Of a DNA stretch of 42,668 nt, positions 30,960 through 39,898 are shown piece by piece. Source of the stretch: a virus; IMG/VR virus record IMGVR_UViG_3300037419_001219, one strand, 5' to 3'. Every line of letters starts with the position of its first letter. Position 1 is the first letter of the stretch. The notes below the pieces were generated by a model. The model saw nothing but the letters and a program-made list of their open reading frames with translations. It made no database searches and was not told the DNA's origin. Position numbers and translations under genes: made by a program.

Positions 30960-33572
30960 TTGGCGCTTTCGCTCAAGCACAAGTTCATCAATGCGCATCC
31001 AGACGGGCCAGACGCGACGCTCGTTCGCCCGTCGAATTGGAATGACGAGCATGATCTCATTGTCAGTTCCGGCAAAGTTATAGGGAGAACGTCTCCGGGC
31101 TCTGGAGCCGCAGAGGAAATCGATATTTCCTCTTTGTCATCAGGCGGAAACGTTTTCCTTCCAGAAACCTATGGCGCCGTTGGAGATGGCGTCACGGAAG
31201 ATCAGGACGCAATCCAGGCTGCCATAAACGCGGCGTATGCCGCTGGCGGTGGAAAAGTTGTCCTGAGTAACAAGACCTATGCCATTGGTCTGACAAGTGA
31301 GACGACAACGGTTATCGGCGCTGCAGCAGGAGGCGGGACGGGGCTTTTTTATGCACTGCGCATGCGAAATAACGTTGTTCTGGAGGGGCAGGGCCGCGCA
31401 ACGCAACTTAAGCGGGTCGACGCCAATGTCATTCTATGCTTTGCGATAGACGAAACGAGTTATGCGCAAGCCCGGAACTTCTACCTCAATGCCAATTACA
31501 CCGCCCTTCCGCATCCGACAATTCAAAGCGCCCCCGGTGGGGTCGAGATCAACAGCGCATCTCATACCGTTGGATCGTATGATCGGCACATCGAAGTCGA
31601 GAACGTCTGGATCGAAGACACTGGCGGATACGGCGTGGGCGTTCAGTGGGGAAATAACGTCGATATCACGCTGCGGAATATCTTCACAAAGAACACGGGC
31701 GCCGATGGCATAGATATAAAATCCAGACAACCGCCGCAAACGACGCCTGCGCACGATGTTCGCAATATCCTTCTAGAAAACATCCATATCGAAAATTTCG
31801 GGCTGTTTGTGAATGACGTGAACGTTGGTGACCAGACAGGTCTCGACATTCGCGGCAAGGGCGTCATTGCAAACAACATCTTCGTTCGTGGCTTCGGCTC
31901 GCAAGCAAGCTGCGGCATACGCTTTCGTGTTGACGGAGGCTCTGGAAACGGTGGTGGCTATAAGGCGCAGCTGAGCAACTTCTTTATCGAGCGCGTATCC
32001 GGCGGATACAACGACCAGCCGAACGGCCTCGAGATCGATTGCGGCGACACCAACATTGTGAACGGCGTCGTTAAAGACTGCTATGTCAACGTCAACGCTG
32101 TCATCTCGCACGCGATTGAAGACAACGCCCGTCAATCCGTTACCAACGTTAAGTCGATAGGAGCCAGCGGCTTTACGACGAAAGGTTTCAACGTCGTAGA
32201 CGGTAATTCAGAAATCGATTTTGTCGCCTGTTCACACAGCGGAGACGGCGCGGGTTGGACGATCGCTGGCGACAACTGCCGACTATTCGGTCCAATCCAC
32301 AACGGATCTGGCGCCGGCATAACGATTGCGTCAACTGCCGATGGAACGCAGATTTACGGGCCAGCATTCACGGGCTCGCCGTCTTCGACGATAACGGACG
32401 GCGGGACGAACACGCTAATCTTGGGAAGCCCTGATAATACGTCGGATAAGCTGCCAGGCCGCTTGACGGTTGGGGCAAGGATATTGCGTGACAGTAACTT
32501 TTATCTCGACTTATCGACCGGCAATCCATTCATAAGCTTCGACAGCAACGACATACTTTACTACGATAGAACAAACAACGTTTTCTCGTTTATCATTGGC
32601 GGCACAAGCAAAGGGCTGCTGAACACAAACGCGTTGTCTCCTGCGTCCAATGATGGGTTAGCGCTTGGTACGATAAGTCTGGGTTGGTCGGACTTATTCA
32701 TCGCAAGCGGTGGACTTCTCAACTGGGCGAATGGCGACGCCGTTCTCACCCATTCAGCGGGCGTGCTCAACGTTACCACTGGCGACCTTCGTGTAACGAC
32801 ACCGGGCACGAATTCGGCTTCTGTCGCTACGGTCGGAGGAACGCAAACTCTTACGAACAAGACGCTGACGACGCCGGTAATTTCGCAGATTTCGAATATC
32901 GGCACCCTCACGCTGCCGACTTCTAGCGATACTCTTGTCGGCAGGGCGACAACGGACACGCTCACCAATAAAACCCTCACGTCGCCAACGATTACCGCGC
33001 CAAAGATCACAGGCGCCGCCGTCATCGGATCGACTACGGCATTTACAGGTGGAGCGGGAACGCCAGCAGTGGCCGTGAGTGGGCTCGTCGGAACGGTCAA
33101 CGGTTACTTCGCCAACGACAGTAACCCCGTCATCATCGAAAGTATTAAATCGCGCAATGCGACTGTCGGATCACACACAGTCGTTCAAAATAACGACAGC
33201 ATCGCTGAGTGGCGCGTTGAGGCCTCGGACGGTACCAATTTCATACGCCTAGGGCAGATGCGTTGGAGCGTGGACGGGACGCCCGGCACAAACGACATGC
33301 CGGGACGTATGGGAATTTTCACGACACCAGACGGTGCCTCAACGCCTCTTGAGCGGTTCCGTTTAGACAATAAGGGCAACGTCATCAACAACCCGAGCGG
33401 CTCGGCTTTGTCGACGAGCGCGACGGACGGCTTCACATATATCCCGACGTGTGCTGGCGCCCCCACAGGAGTGCCGACGTCCTATACCGGCGCCGTTCCC
33501 ATGGTCTACGATACGACCAACAACAACTTCTACATTTACAACGGGGCTTGGAAAAAGGTTCTTCTCTCCTAA
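30960..33572 (+). CDS. Tailspike / depolymerase-type receptor-binding protein (pectate-lyase-like beta-helix) with C-terminal fibre repeats
   Basis: PETYGAVGDGVTEDQDAIQAAINAAYAAGGGKVVLSNKTYAI is the pectate_lyase_3 N-terminal signature. TLTNKTLTxPxI units repeat later. TTG start. Confidence 0.75.
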   Translation: MALSLKHKFINAHPDGPDATLVRPSNWNDEHDLIVSSGKVIGRTSPGSGAAEEIDISSLSSGGNVFLPETYGAVGDGVTEDQDAIQAAINAAYAAGGGKVVLSNKTYAIGLTSETTTVIGAAAGGGTGLFYALRMRNNVVLEGQGRATQLKRVDANVILCFAIDETSYAQARNFYLNANYTALPHPTIQSAPGGVEINSASHTVGSYDRHIEVENVWIEDTGGYGVGVQWGNNVDITLRNIFTKNTGADGIDIKSRQPPQTTPAHDVRNILLENIHIENFGLFVNDVNVGDQTGLDIRGKGVIANNIFVRGFGSQASCGIRFRVDGGSGNGGGYKAQLSNFFIERVSGGYNDQPNGLEIDCGDTNIVNGVVKDCYVNVNAVISHAIEDNARQSVTNVKSIGASGFTTKGFNVVDGNSEIDFVACSHSGDGAGWTIAGDNCRLFGPIHNGSGAGITIASTADGTQIYGPAFTGSPSSTITDGGTNTLILGSPDNTSDKLPGRLTVGARILRDSNFYLDLSTGNPFISFDSNDILYYDRTNNVFSFIIGGTSKGLLNTNALSPASNDGLALGTISLGWSDLFIASGGLLNWANGDAVLTHSAGVLNVTTGDLRVTTPGTNSASVATVGGTQTLTNKTLTTPVISQISNIGTLTLPTSSDTLVGRATTDTLTNKTLTSPTITAPKITGAAVIGSTTAFTGGAGTPAVAVSGLVGTVNGYFANDSNPVIIESIKSRNATVGSHTVVQNNDSIAEWRVEASDGTNFIRLGQMRWSVDGTPGTNDMPGRMGIFTTPDGASTPLERFRLDNKGNVINNPSGSALSTSATDGFTYIPTCAGAPTGVPTSYTGAVPMVYDTTNNNFYIYNGAWKKVLLS

Positions 33573-33578
33573 GCGGAG

Positions 33579-33806
33579 TTACCTTGCGTTTCGTCTAGCG
33601 TCAGCAGCCTTCATCAGCTCTGCCCCCAGTTCGTGCAGATCGTCTGCGCTGAGTTTCAACATGCCAAGCCCTTGAGTTCCCCTGGTCAAAACGAAGTGAC
33701 GGTCGTCGCCGTCCCACGCGATGTCCAGGATATGGGCACCAAAATTGCTGCTCAACTCGTCAACAACGATACCTATTACAACTTCAGGCCTGATCTTTGT
33801 GGTCAT
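33579..33806 (-). CDS. 75-aa hypothetical protein on the opposite strand between the tailspike and the late operon
   Basis: ATG preceded by GAGGGGAACG. Convergent with the tailspike stop. Confidence 0.5.
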   Translation of the reverse strand: MTTKIRPEVVIGIVVDELSSNFGAHILDIAWDGDDRHFVLTRGTQGLGMLKLSADDLHELGAELMKAADARRNAR

Positions 33807-34120
33807 CGTTCCCCTCGCAATATCATCTCTAGACCGACAGATCGTAGACGGAAATTGAGGCCTCTGGAAGATGATGGAAACGGCGTTTCAGGCCAATGCC
33901 TTTCAGATCGATGCGTTCCAGATAAACGTTGTTTCACTGCGATCCGTAGCAGGTCGAGGTTCGCCGCTTGGTCGCGAACGTTCCACAGGACATACCCTCG
34001 CTCGCGCAACTTCGAGCGGGCATAAGCCTCAGAAGGTCGGGACCTAATGCTGACACCTGCCAAGTACTTCGTCGGTGGCGCGATAGTGCTGTCCGCGTCG
34101 TTCTCGGATGCCAGTGGCAA
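33803..34120 (-). CDS. Possible upstream partner ORF of the 75-aa gene; start unresolved
   Basis: ATGA coupling to the 75-aa gene. High GC3 and a natural-looking segment (YARSKLRERGYVLWNVRDQAANLDLLRIAV) between 33935 and 34046. The 5-prime end would overlap the 112-aa plus-strand gene. Confidence 0.3.
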   Translation of the reverse strand: MPLASENDADSTIAPPTKYLAGVSIRSRPSEAYARSKLRERGYVLWNVRDQAANLDLLRIAVKQRLSGTHRSERHWPETPFPSSSRGLNFRLRSVGLEMILRGER

Positions 34121-34385
34121 CCCATCAGACCCGTCAACTGTGGTGCTTAAACTGCGCTCGCCTTATGGCAAGGATTACACCTACACCTACGGGACAGACA
34201 CAAACGTCTCGAAGCAATCGACCGGCAACTATCAGGCAATCGTAACGCCTGATGGACCTGGACGTTGGTTCACCCGTTGGGAAGGGACGGACGCACTCGG
34301 CAATGTTCTGCCCATTGAGGACTTCATTGCGGTGCAGAAGTCCCGCTTCGTAAACAACTCAGACTGCGATTGGGATTACCGGTGA
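34047..34385 (+). CDS. Beta-sandwich-like hypothetical virion protein
   Basis: 112 aa, high GC3, beta-rich (GNYQAIVTPDGPGRWFTRWEGTDALGNVL). GTGA coupling to terS. Confidence 0.6.
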   Translation: MLTPAKYFVGGAIVLSASFSDASGNPSDPSTVVLKLRSPYGKDYTYTYGTDTNVSKQSTGNYQAIVTPDGPGRWFTRWEGTDALGNVLPIEDFIAVQKSRFVNNSDCDWDYR

Positions 34386-34849
34386 CCTTCGACCTCACGC
34401 CGAAACAGGAAGCGTTCGCCCAGGCCTACCTTGAAACCGGGAATGCGAGCGCCGCATATCGCAAAGCCTATGATGCTCAGAGGATGCAGGAGAACGCCCT
34501 GAACGTCCAAGCATCGCGAATGTTGAAGCACCCTAAGGTCGCCCTAAGAATTGAGCAGCTACAACGCAAGCATCAGAAGCGCCACGAAGTCACGATCGAC
34601 ACGCTGACAGAGAAGCTCGAAGCCGCCTTAGCAAAGGCGATGGCAGAGCCCAAGGGTGCATCGGCTGCGGTCTCTGCTGTCATGGGCATTGGCAAGCTTC
34701 ACGGATTGATTGTCGATAAGCAGGAGACGACGAGGAAGCGGGATGTTGCAGACATTACAGACGCAGAACTCGCTGATCTCGCCAGAAGCGGCAGCAAGGG
34801 AGCTTCTGAGAAGGAGACAGGCCCGAGAGGGGCTGATCCCGTTCACTAG
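34382..34849 (+). CDS. terS: Terminase small subunit
   Basis: LTPKQEAFAQAYLETGNASAAYRKAYDAQ...ASRMLKHPKV matches the Terminase_2 pattern. GTG at 34382 overlaps the upstream TGA. The ORF-track TTG start is at 34370. Confidence 0.8.
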   Translation: MTFDLTPKQEAFAQAYLETGNASAAYRKAYDAQRMQENALNVQASRMLKHPKVALRIEQLQRKHQKRHEVTIDTLTEKLEAALAKAMAEPKGASAAVSAVMGIGKLHGLIVDKQETTRKRDVADITDAELADLARSGSKGASEKETGPRGADPVH

Positions 34850-36296
34850 GTACACGTTCCCTGAATATCGGCCGGCTGCGCATCACCGGCTCATTGCTGA
34901 GAAGCTCGAAGCTGTAGCGGACGGAAAGATAAGGCGCCTGAAGATCAGGATGCCACCACGGCACGGTAAGTCTGAATTAGCGTCAAAGCGTTTCCCTGCT
35001 TTCTTTTTGGGCAAGCACCCGAAGCGCAACATTATTGCGGCGAGCTACAATAGCGATCTGGCGACGGACTTTGGCCGAGAGGTCAGGAACATCGTCGGCA
35101 CGAAAAGGTATCGTACGCTGTTCGCTACGGAGCTTGCGCAGGACTCTACGGCGGCCAATCGCTGGCATACGGACAAGGGCGGCATGTACGTCGCAGCCGG
35201 TATCGGAACGGCCATGACGGGTCGCGGTTCGCATATCCTTCTGATCGACGACCCGTTCAAAGACCGTGAGGAGGCGGACAGCGCCAACCAGCGTGAGAAA
35301 GTCTGGCGCTGGTATACGTCGACGGCTTACACTCGGCTTGAGAGCGATATCGTCGCTGATGTGACTGCAGACGATGAACTCTGGCATGACTTGCTTGACG
35401 ACATCGGCAGCGGCAAAGCCGAACCGTTCGAAGGCGCGATTATCCTCGTCAACACGCGCTGGCACGAAGACGATTTGGACGGACGCTTAGACCAGGCGCA
35501 ACTTGCTGGCGGCGATCAATGGGAAATCCTCGATCTCCCGGCGATCCTGTCGACCGGCGAGGCGCTCTGGCCTGAGAAATACCCGCTTGAGAAGCTTGAG
35601 AAGATCAGAAGCGTGATCGGAACGCGCGACTGGTCAGCACTTTACCAGCAGCAACCTGCGCCAGACGAAGGCGATTACTTCAAGCGCGACTGGTTCAAAT
35701 ATTACACCGAGCGTCCTGCCAACCTGCGCATCTACGGCACGTCGGACTATGCGGTCACGGAAGCGGGCGGCGACTATACCGTCCATCTCGTGTTCGGTGT
35801 TGATCCAGAAGACAACATCTTCCTGCTCGATCTCTGGCGGGACCAGAAGACAACCGAACACTGGATCGAAGCCGTCATAGACCAGATGCTGTTTCACAAG
35901 CCCATGATGTGGGCCGAAGAACAGGGTCAGATCATCAAGGGCGTTGGCCCGTTCCTCGCCAAGCGGATGAGGGAACGCAAGTGCTACGTCCGGCGCGAGC
36001 AGGTCATTTCTGCCGTCGATAAGCCGACGCGCTCTCGCTCGATACAGGGACGCACGTCTATGGGGAAGGTCTACCTGCCTCAAGGCGCGCCGTGGGTTGC
36101 TGACTTCATTGCGGAATTGCTGCTGTTTCCGGCCGGCAAGCATGACGACCAGGTCGACGCGTTCGGCCTTATAGGTCGGATGCTCGATGAGTTGATACCG
36201 GCCACAAAGCCGAAACCGCCGACCGCTGCGAAAGCCAGTGGTTATCGCCGTCTTGGCGATGACTACGGGGATTCTGGCTGGAAGGCCGACACATGA
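34743..36296 (+). CDS. terL: Terminase large subunit
   Basis: HHRLIAEKLEAVADGKIRRLKIRMPPRHGKSELAS is Walker A-like. ILLIDDPFKDREEADS is Walker B. The nuclease half follows. Conserved N-terminal residues force a start at or before 34743. Confidence 0.85.
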   Translation: MLQTLQTQNSLISPEAAARELLRRRQAREGLIPFTRYTFPEYRPAAHHRLIAEKLEAVADGKIRRLKIRMPPRHGKSELASKRFPAFFLGKHPKRNIIAASYNSDLATDFGREVRNIVGTKRYRTLFATELAQDSTAANRWHTDKGGMYVAAGIGTAMTGRGSHILLIDDPFKDREEADSANQREKVWRWYTSTAYTRLESDIVADVTADDELWHDLLDDIGSGKAEPFEGAIILVNTRWHEDDLDGRLDQAQLAGGDQWEILDLPAILSTGEALWPEKYPLEKLEKIRSVIGTRDWSALYQQQPAPDEGDYFKRDWFKYYTERPANLRIYGTSDYAVTEAGGDYTVHLVFGVDPEDNIFLLDLWRDQKTTEHWIEAVIDQMLFHKPMMWAEEQGQIIKGVGPFLAKRMRERKCYVRREQVISAVDKPTRSRSIQGRTSMGKVYLPQGAPWVADFIAELLLFPAGKHDDQVDAFGLIGRMLDELIPATKPKPPTAAKASGYRRLGDDYGDSGWKADT

Positions 36297-36312
36297 ACGA
36301 GGATCAAGGCGG

Positions 36313-38424
36313 ATGGCGGACGTTGTAATGGGCAACTCAGCGGCAACCGAAGGGCAAGCCGCGCCTGCCTATACGCCCGATCTTGTTCGTCTCAAGAAAT
36401 GGTTCTCGGCCTATGAAGGCAACAAATCGTTCGAGCTGAAAGAGCGCGACGAAGCCCAGGCCTACTATCACGGCATTGGCCAGTGGTCGGAATCCGAGCG
36501 CAAGAAGCTGAAGAAGCGCGGGCAGGCGCCGATCTTCGACAATCGCATCGGCCGCAAGATCGACTTTCTCGTCGGCGTCGAGCAGCGCATGCGCCGTGAT
36601 CCTAAAGCCTATCCGCGCACGCCCAACGATGAGCAGAGCGCCGATGTGGCTACGGCCGGCATGCGCTACGCCTGCGACATCAACCGCTGGGAGTTCATCG
36701 GCTCGTCTGGCACGCATGATGGCCTGGTCGAAGGCATCGGCGTGCTGTTTGTCGGCATCAAGCCATGCAACGGCGGCCTCGAGCCTGAGATGAAGCACGT
36801 TCAGGCCGATCGCTTCTTCTATGATCCTCGCTCGATGCGTCCTGACTTCGAAGATGCGAAGTACATGGGCCTCTATCTGTGGATGGACATCGACGACGCC
36901 AAGGATAAATGGCCGGATCAGGCCAAGCAGCTCGATGCGTTGATGGACAACACGACGGGGAACTCGCTCGCCCGGTCGGATCAGAACCATGAAACAGCCT
37001 GGGCCGAGTTCGAAACCCGCCGCGTGCGTGTCGTCGAGTTCTGGGAAAAACGCATGGTCCCGGCACCGATGAGCCATCCTGCCTTGATGGGCTCAACCGC
37101 CATGACCGGCAGTCGCATGGTGATGGGCTGGGCCTATTGCAACTTTGTCGGTGACGTGAACCTCGAAAGCGGCGTGTCTCCGTATCTCGACGAGGAAGGC
37201 AAGCCGGATTGCCCGTATGTGGCATGGTCGCCCTACATCGACGAGCGCGGCAATCGTTACGGTCCTATCCGCAACATGAAGCCGATGCAGGATGAGATCA
37301 ACCATCGGCGCTCGAAGTTCCTGCACCTCAACTCGACGAAGCAGCTGCATGCGCGCAAAGGCGTGTTCGGAGACATTGACGAAACTCGGAGAGAACTCGC
37401 AAAGCCTGACGGCATGATCGAGCACGACGGTGCGGAATGGGGCAAAGACGTTGGCATCATCGACCACTCGGCTGACATTCAAGGCCAATCGGCTTTGCTC
37501 GAGCAGGCGCAGGCAGCTCTTGAGAACCTCGGGCCAAACCCTGGCCTGATCGGCAAGGGCGCAGGCATCGCAGATCAATCCGGCCGTGCCATCCTTGCTC
37601 AGCGTGACAGCGGCATGACCGAGCTGTCTCCGGTCTTCGAGCGCAACAGGGATTGGAAGCTTCGCGTCTATCGCAAGCTCTGGGCACGCTGCAAGCAGGC
37701 CTGGACTGCTGAAAAGTGGATCCGGATCACGGACGAGAACGACGCGCCGCAGTTCATCGGCCTCAACCAGTATGGCATGGACCCGCAGACCGGCCAGATG
37801 ATGAGCCAGAACGTTGTGGCGCAGATCGACGTCGACATCATCATGGAAGAGGGCCCGGACGTCATCACGATGAACGAAGAGTTGCTTCAGACCTTGTCGC
37901 AGCTCGGCCCGAATGCCGTCCCGCCCAAAGTGCTGATCGAACTCTCGAACGCGCCGAACAAAGATCGCCTGTTCAAGATGATCGACGAGGCGACACAGCC
38001 AGATCCGATGGTTGCCCAGATGCAGCAACGCATGGCGCGGCTCGAACAGCTGGTGCAGGCCTCGACGGCGGACAAGAACGTATCACAGAGCGAACTTTAC
38101 CGGGCTCAGGCTGTTGCAGCGTTGGCCAAAGCCTTCACGCCGCAGCAGGCCAAGCCAACGACGGATGCGATGGGCAACGTCATTCAAGGGCCGCCCCCAG
38201 CCGCGCCCGATATGATGGCGGCGATGCAGGCCCTGCAGATGTTCCCACTGCACTATGCACAGCCGACCATCGAGCAGTTTGCAGAAGGCGCGCCCCCGCC
38301 GCAACCGCCTGCCGATCCAGAAGATCAGCAGCAATCACCGATGCAGGGCGCACCACAGCCGCAGTTACCGCCGCCTGGACCTCCTGGTGGCCTACCAGTC
38401 AACCCACAACTCGCAGGGATGTAA
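36313..38424 (+). CDS. Portal protein (P22-like size, with a long Q/P-rich C-terminal extension)
   Basis: 703 aa directly after terL. EAQAYYHGIGQWSESERKKLKKRGQAPIFDNRIGRKIDFLVG is a typical portal N-terminal block. The C-terminus is helical and Q/P-rich. Confidence 0.8.
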   Translation: MADVVMGNSAATEGQAAPAYTPDLVRLKKWFSAYEGNKSFELKERDEAQAYYHGIGQWSESERKKLKKRGQAPIFDNRIGRKIDFLVGVEQRMRRDPKAYPRTPNDEQSADVATAGMRYACDINRWEFIGSSGTHDGLVEGIGVLFVGIKPCNGGLEPEMKHVQADRFFYDPRSMRPDFEDAKYMGLYLWMDIDDAKDKWPDQAKQLDALMDNTTGNSLARSDQNHETAWAEFETRRVRVVEFWEKRMVPAPMSHPALMGSTAMTGSRMVMGWAYCNFVGDVNLESGVSPYLDEEGKPDCPYVAWSPYIDERGNRYGPIRNMKPMQDEINHRRSKFLHLNSTKQLHARKGVFGDIDETRRELAKPDGMIEHDGAEWGKDVGIIDHSADIQGQSALLEQAQAALENLGPNPGLIGKGAGIADQSGRAILAQRDSGMTELSPVFERNRDWKLRVYRKLWARCKQAWTAEKWIRITDENDAPQFIGLNQYGMDPQTGQMMSQNVVAQIDVDIIMEEGPDVITMNEELLQTLSQLGPNAVPPKVLIELSNAPNKDRLFKMIDEATQPDPMVAQMQQRMARLEQLVQASTADKNVSQSELYRAQAVAALAKAFTPQQAKPTTDAMGNVIQGPPPAAPDMMAAMQALQMFPLHYAQPTIEQFAEGAPPPQPPADPEDQQQSPMQGAPQPQLPPPGPPGGLPVNPQLAGM

Positions 38425-38661
38425 ATGGACGACGAATTGCTGAAACTCGAATGCCTGAAGCTTGCGGCCGACAAAGGCCTTGTTGGTCAACAGCTGACTG
38501 AAGAAGCATGGCGACTTTTCGATTTCATCAAAGGGCGCGGAAAATTCAGCCAAGTCAACTATTGGGCGATTGGCGAGCGAGATGACCTCATCGGCGGTGG
38601 CAAAGCCCGTGTCGTCGGCAAGGATGGCGATGTTCCGTTTAAGGATTACAAGCCCGAATGA
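38425..38661 (+). CDS. Hypothetical head-module protein
   Basis: 78-aa ORF starting 1 nt after the portal stop. Confidence 0.55.
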   Translation: MDDELLKLECLKLAADKGLVGQQLTEEAWRLFDFIKGRGKFSQVNYWAIGERDDLIGGGKARVVGKDGDVPFKDYKPE

Positions 38662-38819
38662 GCGATACGGTCTTGAACGAGTTCGACAAGAATGAATGGT
38701 ACGACGTGTGCCGAGCTTTGATGCCAGGCCTCACCGAAGAAGAATATGACGCTCTGTGGGCCGATTTCCAGGCCGCAAAGGCGGCCCACAAGCGTCAGCA
38801 CATTCGAACACTACAGTAG
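38658..38819 (+). CDS. 53-aa hypothetical micro-protein
   Basis: Not in the ORF track. ATGA coupling, good GC3. MSDTVLNEFDKNEWYDVCRALMPGLTEEEYDALWADFQAAKAAHKRQHIRTLQ. A hairpin CGCCGC/GCGGCG follows at 38834-38850. Confidence 0.5.
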   Translation: MSDTVLNEFDKNEWYDVCRALMPGLTEEEYDALWADFQAAKAAHKRQHIRTLQ

Positions 38820-38945
38820 ACGTGCGTAAGACTCGCCGCCTCAAGCGGCGTTTCGCGACTGTCCGCGCGTAATCGGGCAGACCTCGCACCAGCCGGGCGA
38901 TATCGGCTGCTTTCGTGACCAGCTACGACAAAGCGGAGATGAACC

Positions 38946-39842
38946 ATGACGACTGAGAAGTCGGCAGATGATGCCGTATTGGACGACGTATTCTCTACAG
39001 GCCGCGATAGGGGAGGCGACACCGCGCCGCCCGCGACGCCCGAAGCTAAAGCCGCACCGGAAGTGGTTGCCGAGCCGCAAGGCAAAGACCCGGCAACTGA
39101 AGCAACCGAGCAAGCGGCTGAGCAACCATCGGACGCCGAGCCCAAGGGATACCGAGACCCTTCGACAGGACGCTTTGTTCCTCTCAAAGAGCTGACGACC
39201 GAACGTGAAAAACGCCAAGCGGCGGAAAAAGCACGTGAGGAAGAAGCTCGCCTGCGCAAGGAGACCGAAGAACGCTACGCCCAGATGGAGCGTCGGTTCC
39301 AAGACATCGAGCGCAGGACACAGGCGGCCCAAAACCCGCCGCCACCGCCGCCTGATCCGTTTGTCGATCCGGCCGGCGCCTTGGCACACGAACGGGCAGG
39401 TTTCCAGCAAGCCTTGCTCAATCAACGACTGAACTTCTCCGAGATGTTCGCCCGCAACAAGTTCGGCGATCAGGCCGTCGATACGGCTCTGCAAGCTGCA
39501 CAAGCTGCCGGCGTCATCAGCGAGCAATGGGTCACGCGCTCACGCGACTTCTATGGCGACCTCCTGCAATGGCACAAGCGCCAGCAGGTGTTGGCCCGTG
39601 TCGGCGAAGACCCCGAAGCCTACGAGAAGTCGATCGAGGAACGTGTCCGCGCGAAGGTGCTGGAAGAATTGAAGACGGGCAATCGGGCTGTGATGCCGGG
39701 TCAAACGCCTGCCCCAGCCGCTCCGCAACAGTTCCCGGGCTCGCTCGCAGATGCGACGGCATCGGGACCATCAGGAGCGCAACCGCAAAATGACGAAGCC
39801 ATGATAGGCAGCGTCTTCGCTACAGGGCGAAAGCGCAAGTAA
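38946..39842 (+). CDS. Scaffolding protein
   Basis: 298 aa, acidic and Ala/Glu/Gln-rich with coiled coils. It sits between the portal and the major capsid gene. Confidence 0.65.
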   Translation: MTTEKSADDAVLDDVFSTGRDRGGDTAPPATPEAKAAPEVVAEPQGKDPATEATEQAAEQPSDAEPKGYRDPSTGRFVPLKELTTEREKRQAAEKAREEEARLRKETEERYAQMERRFQDIERRTQAAQNPPPPPPDPFVDPAGALAHERAGFQQALLNQRLNFSEMFARNKFGDQAVDTALQAAQAAGVISEQWVTRSRDFYGDLLQWHKRQQVLARVGEDPEAYEKSIEERVRAKVLEELKTGNRAVMPGQTPAPAAPQQFPGSLADATASGPSGAQPQNDEAMIGSVFATGRKRK

Positions 39843-39859
39843 GCCTGCGTTTCAAACGC

Positions 39860-39887
39860 TTCGTGATCCGCAACCCCTGATCACGAA
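39860..39887 (+). promoter_or_regulatory. Perfect 9-bp stem-loop immediately 5-prime of the capsid gene
   Basis: TTCGTGATC (39860-39868) pairs with GATCACGAA (39879-39887). The capsid ATG at 39899 lacks an obvious SD. Confidence 0.45.
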
Positions 39888-39898
39888 AGATCAAACAC

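Noticed and set aside
33871-34047. 58-aa plus-strand ORF beginning METAFQANAFQIDAFQ, TAATG-coupled to the 112-aa gene.
   Set aside because: Not listed as a feature. Its second half is low-complexity (SLRSVAGRGSPLGRERSTG...), and the opposite-strand frame has better GC3 over the same bases. It is kept only as an alternative in the finding on 33579-34120.
37716-38501. 261-aa plus-strand alternative frame inside the portal gene.
   Set aside because: Extremely Arg/Pro/Ala/Gly-rich, in an overlapping frame of a gene with clear portal motifs. It is a frame artefact of GC-rich DNA.
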